DNA of 64,000 bases from the NCBI RefSeq assembly GCF_009914755.1, contig NC_060940.1; one strand, given 5' to 3'. The stretch comes from the human T2T-CHM13v2.0 reference genome, Homo sapiens. Position numbers and translations under genes: made by a program. The notes beneath the pieces are model-generated. The model saw only the letters and a program-made list of their open reading frames with translations. It did no database searches and was not told the origin of the DNA. Below are positions 26,001 through 41,000 of this stretch, piece after piece; positions within the stretch are counted from its first letter, which is position 1; each line of letters begins with the position of its first letter.

Positions 26001-29000
26001 TTTGAGGCCAAAAGCAGAAAAGGAAATATTTTCCTATAAAAACTCGACAGAATCTTTCTCAGAAACTGCTCTGGGATGTGTGCGTTCAACTCACAGAGTT
26101 TAACTTTTCTTTTCATTCAGCAGTTTGGAAACACTCTGTTTGGAAAGTCTGCACGTGGATATTTTGACCTCTTTGAGGCCTTCGTTGGAAACGGGTTTTT
26201 TTCATGTAAGGCTAGACAGAAGAAATCTCAGTAACTTCCTTGTGTTGTGTGTATTCAACTGACAGAGTTGAACCTTCCTTTAGACAGAGCAGATTCGAAA
26301 CACTCTTTTTCTGCAATTTGCAAGTGGAGACTTCAAGCGCTTTGAGGCCAAAGGCAGAAAAGGAAATATCTTCGTATAAAAACCCGACAGAATCATTCTC
26401 AGAAACTGCTCTGTGATGTGTGCGTTCAACTCACAGAGTTTAACTTTTCTTTTCATTCAGCAGTTTGGAAACACTCTGTTTGTAAAGTCTGCAAGTGGAT
26501 ATCTTGGCCTCTTAGAGGCCTTCGTTGGAAACGGGTTTTTTCATGTAAGGATAGACACAGTAATTCCCAGTAACTTCCTTGTGTTGTGTGCATTCAACTC
26601 ACAGAGTTGAATGATTCTTTACACAGAGCAGTTTTGAGACACTCTTTTGGTGGAATTTGTAAGTGGAGAATTCAGCCGCTTTGAGGTCAACGGTAGAAAA
26701 GGAAATATCTTCGTATAAAAACTAGACAGAATGATTCTCAGAAACTGTTTTGTGATGTGTGCGTTCAACTCACAGAGTTTAACCTTTCTTTTCAAAGAGC
26801 AGTTAGGAAACACTCTGTTTGTAAAGTCTGCAAGAGGATATTCAGACCTCTTTGAGGCCTTCGTTGGAAACGGGATTTCTTCATATTATGCTAGACAGAT
26901 GAATTCTCAGTAACTTCCTTGTGTTGTGTGTATTCAACTCACAGAGTTGAACGATCCTTTACACAGAGCAGATTTGAAACACTGTTTTTCTGGAATTTGC
27001 AAGTGGAGATTTCAGCCGCTTTGAGGTCAATGGTAGAAAAGGAAATATCTTCGTATAAAAACTAGACAGAATGATTCTCAGAAACTCCTTTGTGATGTGT
27101 GCGTTCAACTCACAGAGTTTAACCTTTCTTTTCACAGAGCAGTTAGGAAACACTCTGTTTGTGAAGCCTGCCAGTGGATATGCGGACCTCTTTGAGGCCT
27201 TCGTTGGAAACGGGATTTCTTCATATTATGCTAGACAGAAGATTTCTCAGTAACTTCTTTGTGTTGTGTGTATGCAACTCACAGAGTTCAACCTTCCTTT
27301 AGACAGAGCAGATTTGAAACACTCTTTTTGTGGAATTTGCAAGTGGAGATTTCAAGCGCTTCGATGCCAATGGTAGAAAAGGAAATATCTTCGTATAAAA
27401 ACAAGACAAACTCGTTCCCAGACACTGCGTAGTGATGTGTGTGTTTAACTCACAGAGTTTCACCTTTCTTTTCATACAGCATTCTGGAAACCCTGTGTTT
27501 GTAAAGTCTGCAAGTGGATATTTGGACCTCTTAGATGCCTTCGTTGCAAACGGGATTTCTTCATATAATGCTAGAGGGAAGAATTCTTAGTAACTTCTTT
27601 GTGTTGTGTGTATTCAACTGACAGAGTTGAACCTTCCTTTAGACAGAGCAGATTTGAAAGTCTCTTTTTGTGGAATTTGCAAGTGGAGATTTCAAGCGCT
27701 TTGAGGCCAAAAGCAGAAAAGGAAATATTTTCCTATAAAAACTCGACAGAATCTTTCTCAGAAACTGCTCTGGGATGTGTGCGTTCAACTCACAGAGTTT
27801 AACTTTTCTTTTCATTCAGCAGTTTGGAAACACTCTGTTTGGAAAGTCTGCACGTGGATATTTTGACCTCTTTGAGGCCTTCGTTGGAAACGGGTTTTTT
27901 TCATGTAAGGCTAGACAGAAGAAATCTCAGTAACTTCCTTGTGTTGTGTGTATTCAACTGACAGAGTTGAACCTTCCTTTAGACAGAGCAGATTCGAAAC
28001 ACTCTTTTTCTGCAATTTGCAAGTGGAGACTTCAAGCGCTTTGAGGCCAAAGGCAGAAAAGGAAATATCTTCGTATAAAAACCCGACAGAATCATTCTCA
28101 GAAACTGCTCTGTGATGTGTGCGTTCAACTCACAGAGTTTAACTTTTCTTTTCATTCAGCAGTTTGGAAACACTCTGTTTGTAAAGTCTGCAAGTGGATA
28201 TCTTGGCCTCTTAGAGGCCATCGTTGGAAACGGGTTTTTTCATGTAAGGATAGACAGAGGAATTCCCAGTAACTTCCTTGTGTTGTGTGCATTCAACTCA
28301 CAGAGTTGAATGATTCTTTACACAGAGCAGATTTGAGACACTCTTTTGGTGGAATTTGTAAGTGGAGAATTCAGCCGCTTTGAGGTCAACGGTAGAAAAG
28401 GAAATATCTTCGTATAAAAACTAGACAGAATGATTCTCAGAAACTGTTTTGTGATGTGTGCGTTCAACTCACAGAGTTTAACCTTTCTTTTCAAAGAGCA
28501 GTTAGGAAACACTCTGTTTGTAAAGTCTGCAAGAGGATATTCAGACCTCTTTGAGGCCTTCGTTGGAAACGGGATTTCTTCATATTATGCTAGACAGATG
28601 AATTCTCAGTAACTTCCTTGTGTTGTGTGTATTCAACTCACAGAGTTGAACGATCCTTTACACAGAGCAGATTTGAAACACTGTTTTTCTGGAATTTGCA
28701 AGTGGAGATTTCAGCCGCTTTGAGGTCAATGGTAGAAAAGGAAATATCTTCGTATAAAAACTAGACAGAATGATTCTCAGAAACTCCTTTGTGATGTGTG
28801 CGTTCAACTCACAGAGTTTAACCTTTCTTTTCACAGAGCAGTTAGGAAACACTCTGTTTGTGAAGCCTGCCAGTGGATATTCGGACCTCTTTGAGGCCTT
28901 CGTTGGAAACGGGATTTCTTCATATTATGCTATTCAGAAGATTTCTCAGTAACTTCTTTGTGTTGTGTGTATGCAACTCACAGAGTTCAACCTTCCTTTA

Positions 29001-32000
29001 GACAGAGCAGATTTGAAACACTCTTTTTGTGGAATTTGCAAGTGGAGATTTCAAGCGCTTCGATGCCAATGGTAGAAAAGGAAATATCTTCGTATAAAAA
29101 CAAGACAAACTCGTTCCCAGACACTGCGTAGTGATGTGTGTGTTTAACTCACAGAGTTTAACCTTTCTTTTCATACAGCATTCTGGAAACCCTGTGTTTG
29201 TAAAGTCTGCAAGTGGATATTTGGACCTCTTAGATGCCTTCGTTGGAAACGGGATTTCTTCATATAATGCTAGAGGGAAGAATTCTTAGTAACTTCTTTG
29301 TGTTGTGTGTATTCAACTGACAGAGTTGAACCTTCCTTTAGACAGAGCAGATTTGAAAGTCTCTTTTTGTGGAATTTGCAAGTGGAGATTTCAAGCGCTT
29401 TGAGGCCAAAAGCAGAAAAGGAAATATTTTCCTATAAAAACTCGACAGAATCTTTCTCAGAAACTGCTCTGGGATGTGTGCGTTCAACTCACAGAGTTTA
29501 ACTTTTCTTTTCATTCAGCAGTTTGAAAACACTCTGTTTGGAAAGTCTGCACGTGGATATTTTGACCTCTTTGAGGCCTTCGTTGGAAACGGGTTTTTTT
29601 CATGTAAGGCTAGACAGAAGAAATCTCAGTAACTTCCTTGTGTTGTGTGTATTCAACTGACAGAGTTGAACCTTCCTTTAGACAGAGCAGATTCGAAACA
29701 CACTTTTTCTGCAATTTGCAAGTGGAGACTTCAAGCGCTTTGAGGCCAAAGGCAGAAAAGGAAATATCTTCGTATAAAAACCCGACAGAATCATTCTCAG
29801 AAACTGCTCTGTGATGTGTGCGTTCAACTCACAGAGTTTAACTTTTCTTTTCATTCAGCAGTTTGGAAACACTCTGTTTGTAAAGTCTGCAAGTGGATAT
29901 CTTGGCCTCTTAGAGGCCTTCGTTGGAAACGGGTTTTTTCATGTAAGGATAGACAGAGGAATTCCCAGTAACTTCCTTGTGTTGTGTGCATTCAACTCAC
30001 AGAGTTGAATGATTCTTTACACAGAGCAGATTTGAGACACTCTTTTGGTGGAATTTGTAAGTGGAGAATTCAGCCGCTTTGAGGTCAACGGTAGAAAAGG
30101 AAATATCTTCGTATAAAAACTAGACAGAATGATTCTCAGAAACTGTTTTGTGATGTGTGCGTTCAACTCACAGAGTTTAACCTTTCTTTTCAAAGAGCAG
30201 TTAGGAAACACTCTGTTTGTAAAGTCTGCAAGTGGATATTCAGACCTCTTTGAGGCCTTCGTTGGAAACGGGATTTCTTCATATTATGCTAGACAGATGA
30301 ATTCTCAGTAACTTCCTTGTGTTGTGTGTATTCAACTCACAGAGTTGAACGATCCTTTACACAGAGCAGATTTGAAACACTGTTTTTCTGGAATTTGCAA
30401 GTGGAGATTTCAGCCGCTTTGAGGTCAATGGTAGAAAAGGAAATATCTTCGTATAAAAACTAGACAGAATGATTCTCAGAAACTCCTTTGTGATGTGTGC
30501 GTTCAACTCACAGGGTTTAACCTTTCTTTTCACAGAGCAGTTAGGAAACACTCTGTTTGTGAAGCCTGCCAGTGGATATTCGGACCTCTTTGAGGCCTTC
30601 GTTGGAAACGGGATTTCTTCATATTATGCTAGACAGAAGATTTCTCAGTAACTTCTTTGTGTTGTGTGTATGCAACTCACAGAGTTCAACCTTCCTTTAG
30701 ACAGAGCAGATTTGAAACACTCTTTTTGTGGAATTTGCAAGTGGAGATTTCAAGCGCTTCGATGCCAATGGTAGAAAAGGAAATATCTTCGTATAAAAAC
30801 AAGACAAACTCGTTCCCAGACACTGCGTAGTGATGTGTGTGTTTAACTCACAGAGTTTAACCTTTCTTTTCATACAGCATTCTGGAAACCCTCTGTTTGT
30901 AAAGTCTGCAAGTGGATATTTGGACCTCTTAGATGCCTTCGTTGGAAACGGGATTTCTTCATATAATGCTAGAGGGAAGAATTCTTAGTAACTTCTTTGT
31001 GTTGTGTGTATTCAACTGACAGAGTTGAACCTTCCTTTAGACAGAGCAGATTTGAAAGTCTCTTTTTGTGGAATTTGCAAGTGGAGATTTCAAGCGCTTT
31101 GAGGCCAAAAGCAGAAAAGGAAATATTTTCCTATAAAAACTCGACAGAATCTTTCTCAGAAACTGCTCTGGGATGTGTGCGTTCAACTCACAGAGTTTAA
31201 CTTTTCTTTTCATTCAGCAGTTTGGAAACACTCTGTTTGGAAAGTCTGCACGTGGATATTTTGACCTCTTTGAGGCCTTCGTTGGAAACGGGTTTTTTTC
31301 ATGTAAGGCTAGACAGAAGAAATCTCAGTAACTTCCTTGTGTTGTGTGTATTCAACTGACAGAGTTGAACCTTCCTTTAGACAGAGCAGATTCGAAACAC
31401 TCTTTTTCTGCAATTTGCAAGTGGAGACTTCAAGCGCTTTGAGGCCAAAGGCAGAAAAGGAAATATCTTCGTATAAAAACCCGACAGAATCATTCTCAGA
31501 AACTGCTCTGTGATGTGTGCGTTCAACTCACAGAGTTTAACTTTTCTTTTCATTCAGCAGTTTGGAAACACTCTGTTTGTAAAGTCTGCAAGTGGATATC
31601 TTGGCCTCTTAGAGGCCTTCGTTGGAAACGGGTTTTTTCATGTAAGGTTAGACAGAGGAATTCCCAGTAACTTCCTTGTGTTGTGTGCATTCAACTCACA
31701 GAGTTGAATGATTCTTTACACAGAGCAGTTTTGAGACACTCTTTTGGTGGAATTTGTAAGTGGAGAATTCAGCCGCTTTGAGGTCAACGGTAGAAAAGGA
31801 AATATCTTCGTATAAAAACTAGACAGAATGATTCTCAGAAACTGTTTTGTGATGTGTGCGTTCAACTCACAGAGTTTAACCTTTCTTTTCAAAGAGCAGT
31901 TAGGAAACACTCTGTTTGTAAAGTCTGCAAGTGGATATTCAGACCTCTTTGAGGCCTTCGTTGGAAACGGGATTTCTTCATATTATGCTAGACAGATGAA

Positions 32001-35000
32001 TTCTCAGTAACTTCCTTGTGTTGTGTGTATTCAACTCACAGAGTTGAACGATCCTTTACACAGAGCAGATTTGAAACACTGTTTTTCTGGAATTTGCAAG
32101 TGGAGATTTCAGCCGCTTTGAGGTCAATGGTAGAAAAGGAAATATCTTCGTATAAAAACTAGACAGAATGATTCTCAGAAACTCCTTTGTGATGTGTGCG
32201 TTCAACTCACAGGGTTTAACCTTTCTTTTCACAGAGCAGTTAGGAAACACTCTGTTTGTGAAGCCTGCCAGTGGATATTCGGACCTCTTTGAGGCCTTCG
32301 TTGGAAACGGGATTTCTTCATATTATGCTAGACAGAAGATTTCTCAGTAACTTCTTTGTGTTGTGTGTATGCAACTCACAGAGTTCAACCTTCCTTTAGA
32401 CAGAGCAGATTTGAAACACTCTTTTTGTGGAATTTGCAAGTGGAGATTTCAAGCGCTTCGATGCCAATGGTAGAAAAGGAAATATCTTCGTATAAAAACA
32501 AGACAAACTCGTTCCCAGACACTGCGTAGTGATGTGTGTGTTTAACTCACAGAGTTTCACCTTTCTTTTCATACAGCATTCTGGAAACCCTCTGTTTGTA
32601 AAGTCTGCAAGTGGATATTTGGACCTCTTAGATGCCTTCGTTGCAAACGGGATTTCTTCATATAATGCTAGAGGGAAGAATTCTTAGTAACTTCTTTGTG
32701 TTGTGTGTATTCAACTGACAGAGTTGAACCTTCCTTTAGACAGAGCAGATTTGAAAGTCTCTTTTTGTGGAATTTGCAAGTGGAGATTTCAAGCGCTTTG
32801 AGGCCAAAAGCAGAAAAGGAAATATTTTCCTATAAAAACTCGACAGAATCTTTCTCAGAAACTGCTCTGGGATGTGTGCGTTCAACTCACAGAGTTTAAC
32901 TTTTCTTTTCATTCAGCAGTTTGGAAACACTCTGTTTGGAAAGTCTGCACGTGGATATTTTGACCTCTTTGAGGCCTTCGTTGGAAACGGGTTTTTTTCA
33001 TGTAAGGCTAGACAGAAGAAATCTCAGTAACTTCCTTGTGTTGTGTGTATTCAACTGACAGAGTTGAACCTTCCTTTAGACAGAGCAGATTCGAAACACT
33101 CTTTTTCTGCAATTTGCAAGTGGAGACTTCAAGCGCTTTGAGGCCAAAGGCAGAAAAGGAAATATCTTCGTATAAAAACCCGACAGAATCATTCTCAGAA
33201 ACTGCTCTGTGATGTGTGCGTTCAACTCACAGAGTTTAACTTTTCTTTTCATTCAGCAGTTTGGAAACACTCTGTTTGTAAAGTCTGCAAGTGGATATCT
33301 TGGCCTCTTAGAGGCCTTCGTTGGAAACGGGTTTTTTCATGTAAGGTTAGACAGAGGAATTCCCAGTAACTTCCTTGTGTTGTGTGCATTCAACTCACAG
33401 AGTTGAATGATTCTTTACACAGAGCAGTTTTGAGACACTCTTTTGGTGGAATTTGTAAGTGGAGAATTCAGCCGCTTTGATGTCAACGGTAGAAAAGGAA
33501 ATATCTTCGTATAAAAACTAGACAGAATGATTCTCAGAAACTGTTTTGTGATGTGTGCGTTCAACTCACAGAGTTTAACCTTTCTTTTCAAAGAGCAGTT
33601 AGGAAACACTCTGTAAAGTCTGCAAGTGGATATTCAGACCTCTTTGAGGCCTTCGTTGGAAACGGGATTTCTTCATATTATGCTAGACAGATGAATTCTC
33701 AGTAACTTCCTTGTGTTGTGTGTATTCAACTCACAGAGTTGAACGATCCTTTACACAGAGCAGATTTGAAACACTGTTTTTCTGGAATTTGCAAGTGGAG
33801 ATTTCAGCCGCTTTGAGGTCAATGGTAGAAAAGGAAATATCTTCGTATAAAAACTAGACAGAATGATTCTCAGAAACTCCTTTGTGATGTGTGCGTTCAA
33901 CTCACAGGGTTTAACCTTTCTTTTCACAGAGCAGTTAGGAAACACTCTGTTTGTGAAGCCTGCCAGTGGATATTCGGACCTCTTTGAGGCCTTCGTTGGA
34001 AACGGGATTTCTTCATATTATGCTAGACAGAAGATTTCTCAGTAACTTCTTTGTGTTGTGTGTATGCAACTCACAGAGTTCAACCTTCCTTTAGACAGAG
34101 CAGATTTGAAACACTCTTTTTGTGGAATTTGCAAGTGGAGATTTCAAGCGCTTCGATGCCAATGGTAGAAAAGGAAATATCTTCGTATAAAAACAAGACA
34201 AACTCGTTCCCAGACACTGCGTAGTGATGTGTGTGTTTAACTCACAGAGTTTCACCTTTCTTTTCATACAGCATTCTGGAAACCCTCTGTTTGTAAAGTC
34301 TGCAAGTGGATATTTGGACCTCTTAGATGCCTTCGTTGCAAACGGGATTTCTTCATATAATGCTAGAGGGAAGAATTCTTAGTAACTTCTTTGTGTTGTG
34401 TGTATTCAACTGACAGAGTTGAACCTTCCTTTAGACAGAGCAGATTTGAAAGTCTCTTTTTGTGGAATTTGCAAGTGGAGATTTCAAGCGCTTTGAGGCC
34501 AAAAGCAGAAAAGGAAATATTTTCCTATAAAAACTCGACAGAATCTTTCTCAGAAACTGCTCTGGGATGTGTGCGTTCAACTCACAGAGTTTAACTTTTC
34601 TTTTCATTCAGCAGTTTGGAAACACTCTGTTTGGAAAGTCTGCACGTGGATATTTTGACCTCTTTGAGGCCTTCGTTGGAAACGGGTTTTTTTCATGTAA
34701 GGCTAGACAGAAGAAATCTCAGTAACTTCCTTGTGTTGTGTGTATTCAACTGACAGAGTTGAACCTTCCTTTAGACAGAGCAGATTCGAAACACTCTTTT
34801 TCTGCAATTTGCAAGTGGAGACTTCAAGCGCTTTGAGGCCAAAGGCAGAAAAGGAAATATCTTCGTATAAAAACCCGACAGAATCATTCTCAGAAACTGC
34901 TCTGTGATGTGTGCGTTCAACTCACAGAGTTTAACTTTTCTTTTCATTCAGCAGTTTGGAAACACTCTGTTTGTAAAGTCTGCAAGTGGATATCTTGGCC

Positions 35001-38000
35001 TCTTAGAGGCCTTCGTTGGAAACGGGTTTTTTCATGTAAGGTTAGACAGAGGAATTCCCAGTAACTTCCTTGTGTTGTGTGCATTCAACTCACAGAGTTG
35101 AATGATTCTTTACACAGAGCAGTTTTGAGACACTCTTTTGGTGGAATTTGTAAGTGGAGAATTCAGCCGCTTTGATGTCAACGGTAGAAAAGGAAATATC
35201 TTCGTATAAAAACTAGACAGAATGATTCTCAGAAACTGTTTTGTGATGTGTGCGTTCAACTCACAGAGTTTAACCTTTCTTTTCAAAGAGCAGTTAGGAA
35301 ACACTCTGTAAAGTCTGCAAGTGGATATTCAGACCTCTTTGAGGCCTTCGTTGGAAACGGGATTTCTTCATATTATGCTAGACAGATGAATTCTCAGTAA
35401 CTTCCTTGTGTTGTGTGTATTCAACTCACAGATTTGAACGATCCTTTACACAGAGCAGATTTGAAACACTGTTTTTCTGGAATTTGCAAGTGGAGATTTC
35501 AGCCGCTTTGAGGTCAATGGTAGAAAAGGAAATATCTTCGTATAAAAACTAGACAGAATGATTCTCAGAAACTCCTTTGTGATGTGTGCGTTCAACTCAC
35601 AGGGTTTAACCTTTCTTTTCACAGAGCAGTTAGGAAACACTCTGTTTGTGAAGCCTGCCAGTGGATATTCGGACCTCTTTGAGGCCTTCGTTGGAAACGG
35701 GATTTCTTCATATTATGCTAGACAGAAGATTTCTCAGTAACTTCTTTGTGTTGTGTGTATGCAACTCACAGAGTTCAACCTTCCTTTAGACAGAGCAGAT
35801 TTGAAACACTCTTTTTGTGGAATTTGCAAGTGGAGATTTCAAGCGCTTCGATGCCAATGGTAGAAAAGGAAATATCTTCGTATAAAAACAAGACAAACTC
35901 GTTCCCAGACACTGCGTAGTGATGTGTGTGTTTAACTCACAGAGTTTCACCTTTCTTTTCATACAGCATTCTGGAAACCCTCTGTTTGTAAAGTCTGCAA
36001 GTGGATATTTGGACCTCTTAGATGCCTTCGTTGCAAACGGGATTTCTTCATATAATGCTAGAGGGAAGAATTCTTAGTAACTTCTTTGTGTTGTGTGTAT
36101 TCAACTGACAGAGTTGAACCTTCCTTTAGACAGAGCAGATTTGAAAGTCTCTTTTTGTGGAATTTGCAAGTGGAGATTTCAAGCGCTTTGAGGCCAAAAG
36201 CAGAAAAGGAAATATTTTCCTATAAAAACTCGACAGAATCTTTCTCAGAAACTGCTCTGGGATGTGTGCGTTCAACTCACAGAGTTTAACTTTTCTTTTC
36301 ATTCAGCAGTTTGGAAACACTCTGTTTGGAAAGTCTGCACGTGGATATTTTGACCTCTTTGAGGCCTTCGTTGGAAACGGGTTTTTTTCATGTAAGGCTA
36401 GACAGAAGAAATCTCAGTAACTTCCTTGTGTTGTGTGTATTCAACTGACAGAGTTGAACCTTCCTTTAGACAGAGCAGATTCGAAACACTCTTTTTCTGC
36501 AATTTGCAAGTGGAGACTTCAAGCGCTTTGAGGCCAAAGGCAGAAAAGGAAATATCTTCGTATAAAAACCCGACAGAATCATTCTCAGAAACTGCTCTGT
36601 GATGTGTGCGTTCAACTCACAGAGTTTAACTTTTCTTTTCATTCAGCAGTTTGGAAACACTCTGTTTGTAAAGTCTGCAAGTGGATATCTTGGCCTCTTA
36701 GAGGCCTTCGTTGGAAACGGGTTTTTTCATGTAAGGATAGACAGAGGAATTCCCAGTAACTTCCTTGTGTTGTGTGCATTCAACTCACAGAGTTGAATGA
36801 TTCTTTACACAGAGCAGATTTGAGACACTCTTTTGGTGGAATTTGTAAGTGGAGAATTCAGCCGCTTTGAGGTCAACGGTAGAAAAGGAAATATCTTCGT
36901 ATAAAAACTAGACAGAATGATTCTCAGAAACTGTTTTGTGATGTGTGCGTTCAACTCACAGAGTTTAACCTTTCTTTTCAAAGAGCAGTTAGGAAACACT
37001 CTGTTTGTAAAGTCTGCAAGTGGATATTCAGACCTCTTTGAGGCCTTCGTTGGAAACGGGATTTCTTCATATTATGCTAGACAGATGAATTCTCAGTAAC
37101 TTCCTTGTGTTGTGTGTATTCAACTCACAGAGTTGAACGATCCTTTACACAGAGCAGATTTGAAACACTGTTTTTCTGGAATTTGCAAGTGGAGATTTCA
37201 GCCGCTTTGAGGTCAATGGTAGAAAAGGAAATATCTTCGTATAAAAACTAGACAGAATGATTCTCAGAAACTCCTTTGTGATGTGTGCGTTCAACTCACA
37301 GGGTTTAACCTTTCTTTTCACAGAGCAGTTAGGAAACACTCTGTTTGTGAAGCCTGCCAGTGGATATTCGGACCTCTTTGAGGCCTTCGTTGGAAACGGG
37401 ATTTCTTCATATTATGCTAGACAGAAGATTTCTCAGTAACTTCTTTGTGTTGTGTGTATGCAACTCACAGAGTTCAACCTTCCTTTAGACAGAGCAGATT
37501 TGAAACACTCTTTTTGTGGAATTTGCAAGTGGAGATTTCAAGCGCTTCGATGCCAATGGTAGAAAAGGAAATATCTTCGTATAAAAACAAGACAAACTCG
37601 TTCCCAGACACTGCGTAGTGATGTGTGTGTTTAACTCACAGAGTTTAACCTTTCTTTTCATACAGCATTCTGGAAACCCTGTGTTTGTAAAGTCTGCAAG
37701 TGGATATTTGGACCTCTTAGATGCCTTCGTTGGAAACGGGATTTCTTCATATAATGCTAGAGGGAAGAATTCTTAGTAACTTCTTTTTGTTGTGTGTATT
37801 CAACTGACAGAGTTGAACCTTCCTTTAGACAGAGCAGATTTGAAAGTCTCTTTTTGTGGAATTTGCAAGTGGAGATTTCAAGCGCTTTGAGGCCAAAAGC
37901 AGAAAAGGAAATATTTTCCTATAAAAACTCGACAGAATCTTTCTCAGAAACTGCTCTGGGATGTGTGCGTTCAACTCACAGAGTTTAACTTTTCTTTTCA

Positions 38001-41000
38001 TTCAGCAGTTTGGAAACACTCTGTTTGGAAAGTCTGCACGTGGATATTTTGACCTCTTTGAGGCCTTCGTTGGAAACGGGTTTTTTTCATGTAAGGCTAG
38101 ACAGAAGAAATCTCAGTAACTTCCTTGTGTTGTGTGTATTCAACTGACAGAGTTGAACCTTCCTTTAGACAGAGCAGATTCGAAACACTCTTTTTCTGCA
38201 ATTTGCAAGTGGAGACTTCAAGCGCTTTGAGGCCAAAGGCAGAAAAGGAAATATCTTCGTATAAAAACCCGACAGAATCATTCTCAGAAACTGCTCTGTG
38301 ATGTGTGCGTTCAACTCACAGAGTTTAACTTTTCTTTTCATTCAGCAGTTTGGAAACACTCTGTTTGTAAAGTCTGCAAGTGGATATCTTGGCCTCTTAG
38401 AGGCCTTCGTTGGAAACGGGTTTTTTCATGTAAGGATAGACAGAGGAATTCCCAGTAACTTCCTTGTGTTGTGTGCATTCAACTCACAGAGTTGAATGAT
38501 TCTTTACACAGAGCAGATTTGAGACACTCTTTTGGTGGAATTTGTAAGTGGAGAATTCAGCCGCTTTGAGGTCAACGGTAGAAAAGGAAATATCTTCGTA
38601 TAAAAACTAGACAGAATGATTCTCAGAAACTGTTTTGTGATGTGTGCGTTCAACTCACAGAGTTTAACCTTTCTTTTCAAAGAGCAGTTAGGAAACACTC
38701 TGTTTGTAAAGTCTGCAAGTGGATATTCAGACCTCTTTGAGGCCTTCGTTGGAAACGGGATTTCTTCATATTATGCTAGACAGATGAATTCTCAGTAACT
38801 TCCTTGTGTTGTGTGTATTCAACTCACAGAGTTGAACGATCCTTTACACAGAGCAGATTTGAAACACTGTTTTTCTGGAATTTGCAAGTGGAGATTTCAG
38901 CCGCTTTGAGGTCAATGGTAGAAAAGGAAATATCTTCGTATAAAAACTAGACAGAATGATTCTCAGAAACTCCTTTGTGATGTGTGCGTTCAACTCACAG
39001 AGTTTAACCTTTCTTTTCACAGAGCAGTTAGGAAACACTCTGTGAAGCCTGCCAGTGGATATTCGGACCTCTTTGAGGCCTTCGTTGGAAACGGGATTTC
39101 TTCATATTATGCTAGACAGAAGATTTCTCAGTAACTTCTTTGTGTTGTGTGTATGCAACTCACAGAGTTCAACCTTCCTTTAGACAGAGCAGATTTGAAA
39201 CACTCTTTTTGTGGAATTTGCAAGTGGAGATTTCAAGCGCTTCGATGCCAATGGTAGAAAAGGAAATATCTTCGTATAAAAACAAGACAAACTCGTTCCC
39301 AGACACTGCGTAGTGATGTGTGTGTTTAACTCACAGAGTTTAACCTTTCTTTTCATACAGCATTCTGGAAACCCTCTGTTTGTAAAGTCTGCAAGTGGAT
39401 ATTTGGACCTCTTAGATGCCTTCGTTGGAAACGGGATTTCTTCATATAATGCTAGAGGGAAGAATTCTTAGTAACTTCTTTGTGTTGTGTGTATTCAACT
39501 GACAGAGTTGAACCTTCCTTTAGACAGAGCAGATTTGAAAGTCTCTTTTTGTGGAATTTGCAAGTGGAGATTTCAAGCGCTTTGAGGCCAAAAGCAGAAA
39601 AGGAAATATTTTCCTATAAAAACTCGACAGAATCTTTCTCAGAAACTGCTCTGTGATGTGTGCGTTCAACTCACAGAGTTTAACTTTTCTTTTCATTCAG
39701 CAGTTTGGAAACACTCTGTTTGGAAAGTCTGCACGTGGATATTTTGACCTCTTTGAGGCCTTCGTTGGAAACGGGTTTTTTTCATGTAAGGCTAGACAGA
39801 AGAAATCTCAGTAACTTCCTTGTGTTGTGTGTATTCAACTGACAGAGTTGAACCTTCCTTTAGACAGAGCAGATTCGAAACACTCTTTTTCTGCAATTTG
39901 CAAGTGGAGACTTCAAGCGCTTTGAGGCCAAAGGCAGAAAAGGAAATATCTTCGTATAAAAACCCGACAGAATCATTCTCAGAAACTGCTCTGTGATGTG
40001 TGCGTTCAACTCACAGAGTTTAACTTTTCTTTTCATTCAGCAGTTTGGAAACACTCTGTTTGTAAAGTCTGCAAGTGGATATCTTGGCCTCTTAGAGGCC
40101 TTCGTTGGAAACGGGTTTTTTCATGTAAGGTTAGACAGAGGAATTCCCAGTAACTTCCTTGTGTTGTGTGCATTCAACTCACAGAGTTGAATGATTCTTT
40201 ACACAGAGCAGATTTGAGACACTCTTTTGGTGGAATTTGTAAGTGGAGAATTCAGCCGCTTTGAGGTCAACGGTAGAAAAGGAAATATCTTCGTATAAAA
40301 ACTAGACAGAATGATTCTCAGAAACTGTTTTGTGATGTGTGCGTTCAACTCACAGAGTTTAACCTTTCTTTTCAAAGAGCAGTTAGGAAACACTCTGTTT
40401 GTAAAGTCTGCAAGTGGATATTCAGACCTCTTTGAGGCCTTCGTTGGAAACGGGATTTCTTCATATTATGCTAGACAGATGAATTCTCAGTAACTTCCTT
40501 GTGTTGTGTGTATTCAACTCACAGAGTTGAACGATCCTTTACACAGAGCAGATTTGAAACACTGTTTTTCTGGAATTTGCAAGTGGAGATTTCAGCCGCT
40601 TTGAGGTCAATGGTAGAAAAGGAAATATCTTCGTATAAAAACTAGACAGAATGATTCTCAGAAACTCCTTTGTGATGTGTGCGTTCAACTCACAGAGTTT
40701 AACCTTTCTTTTCACAGAGCAGTTAGGAAACACTCTGTTTGTGAAGCCTGCCAGTGGATATTCGGACCTCTTTGAGGCCTTCGTTGGAAACGGGATTTCT
40801 TCATATTATGCTAGACAGAAGATTTCTCAGTAACTTCTTTGTGTTGTGTGTATGCAACTCACAGAGTTCAACCTTCCTTTAGACAGAGCAGATTTGAAAC
40901 ACTCTTTTTGTGGAATTTGCAAGTGGAGATTTCAAGCGCTTCGATGCCAATGGTAGAAAAGGAAATATCTTCGTATAAAAACAAGACAAACTCGTTCCCA

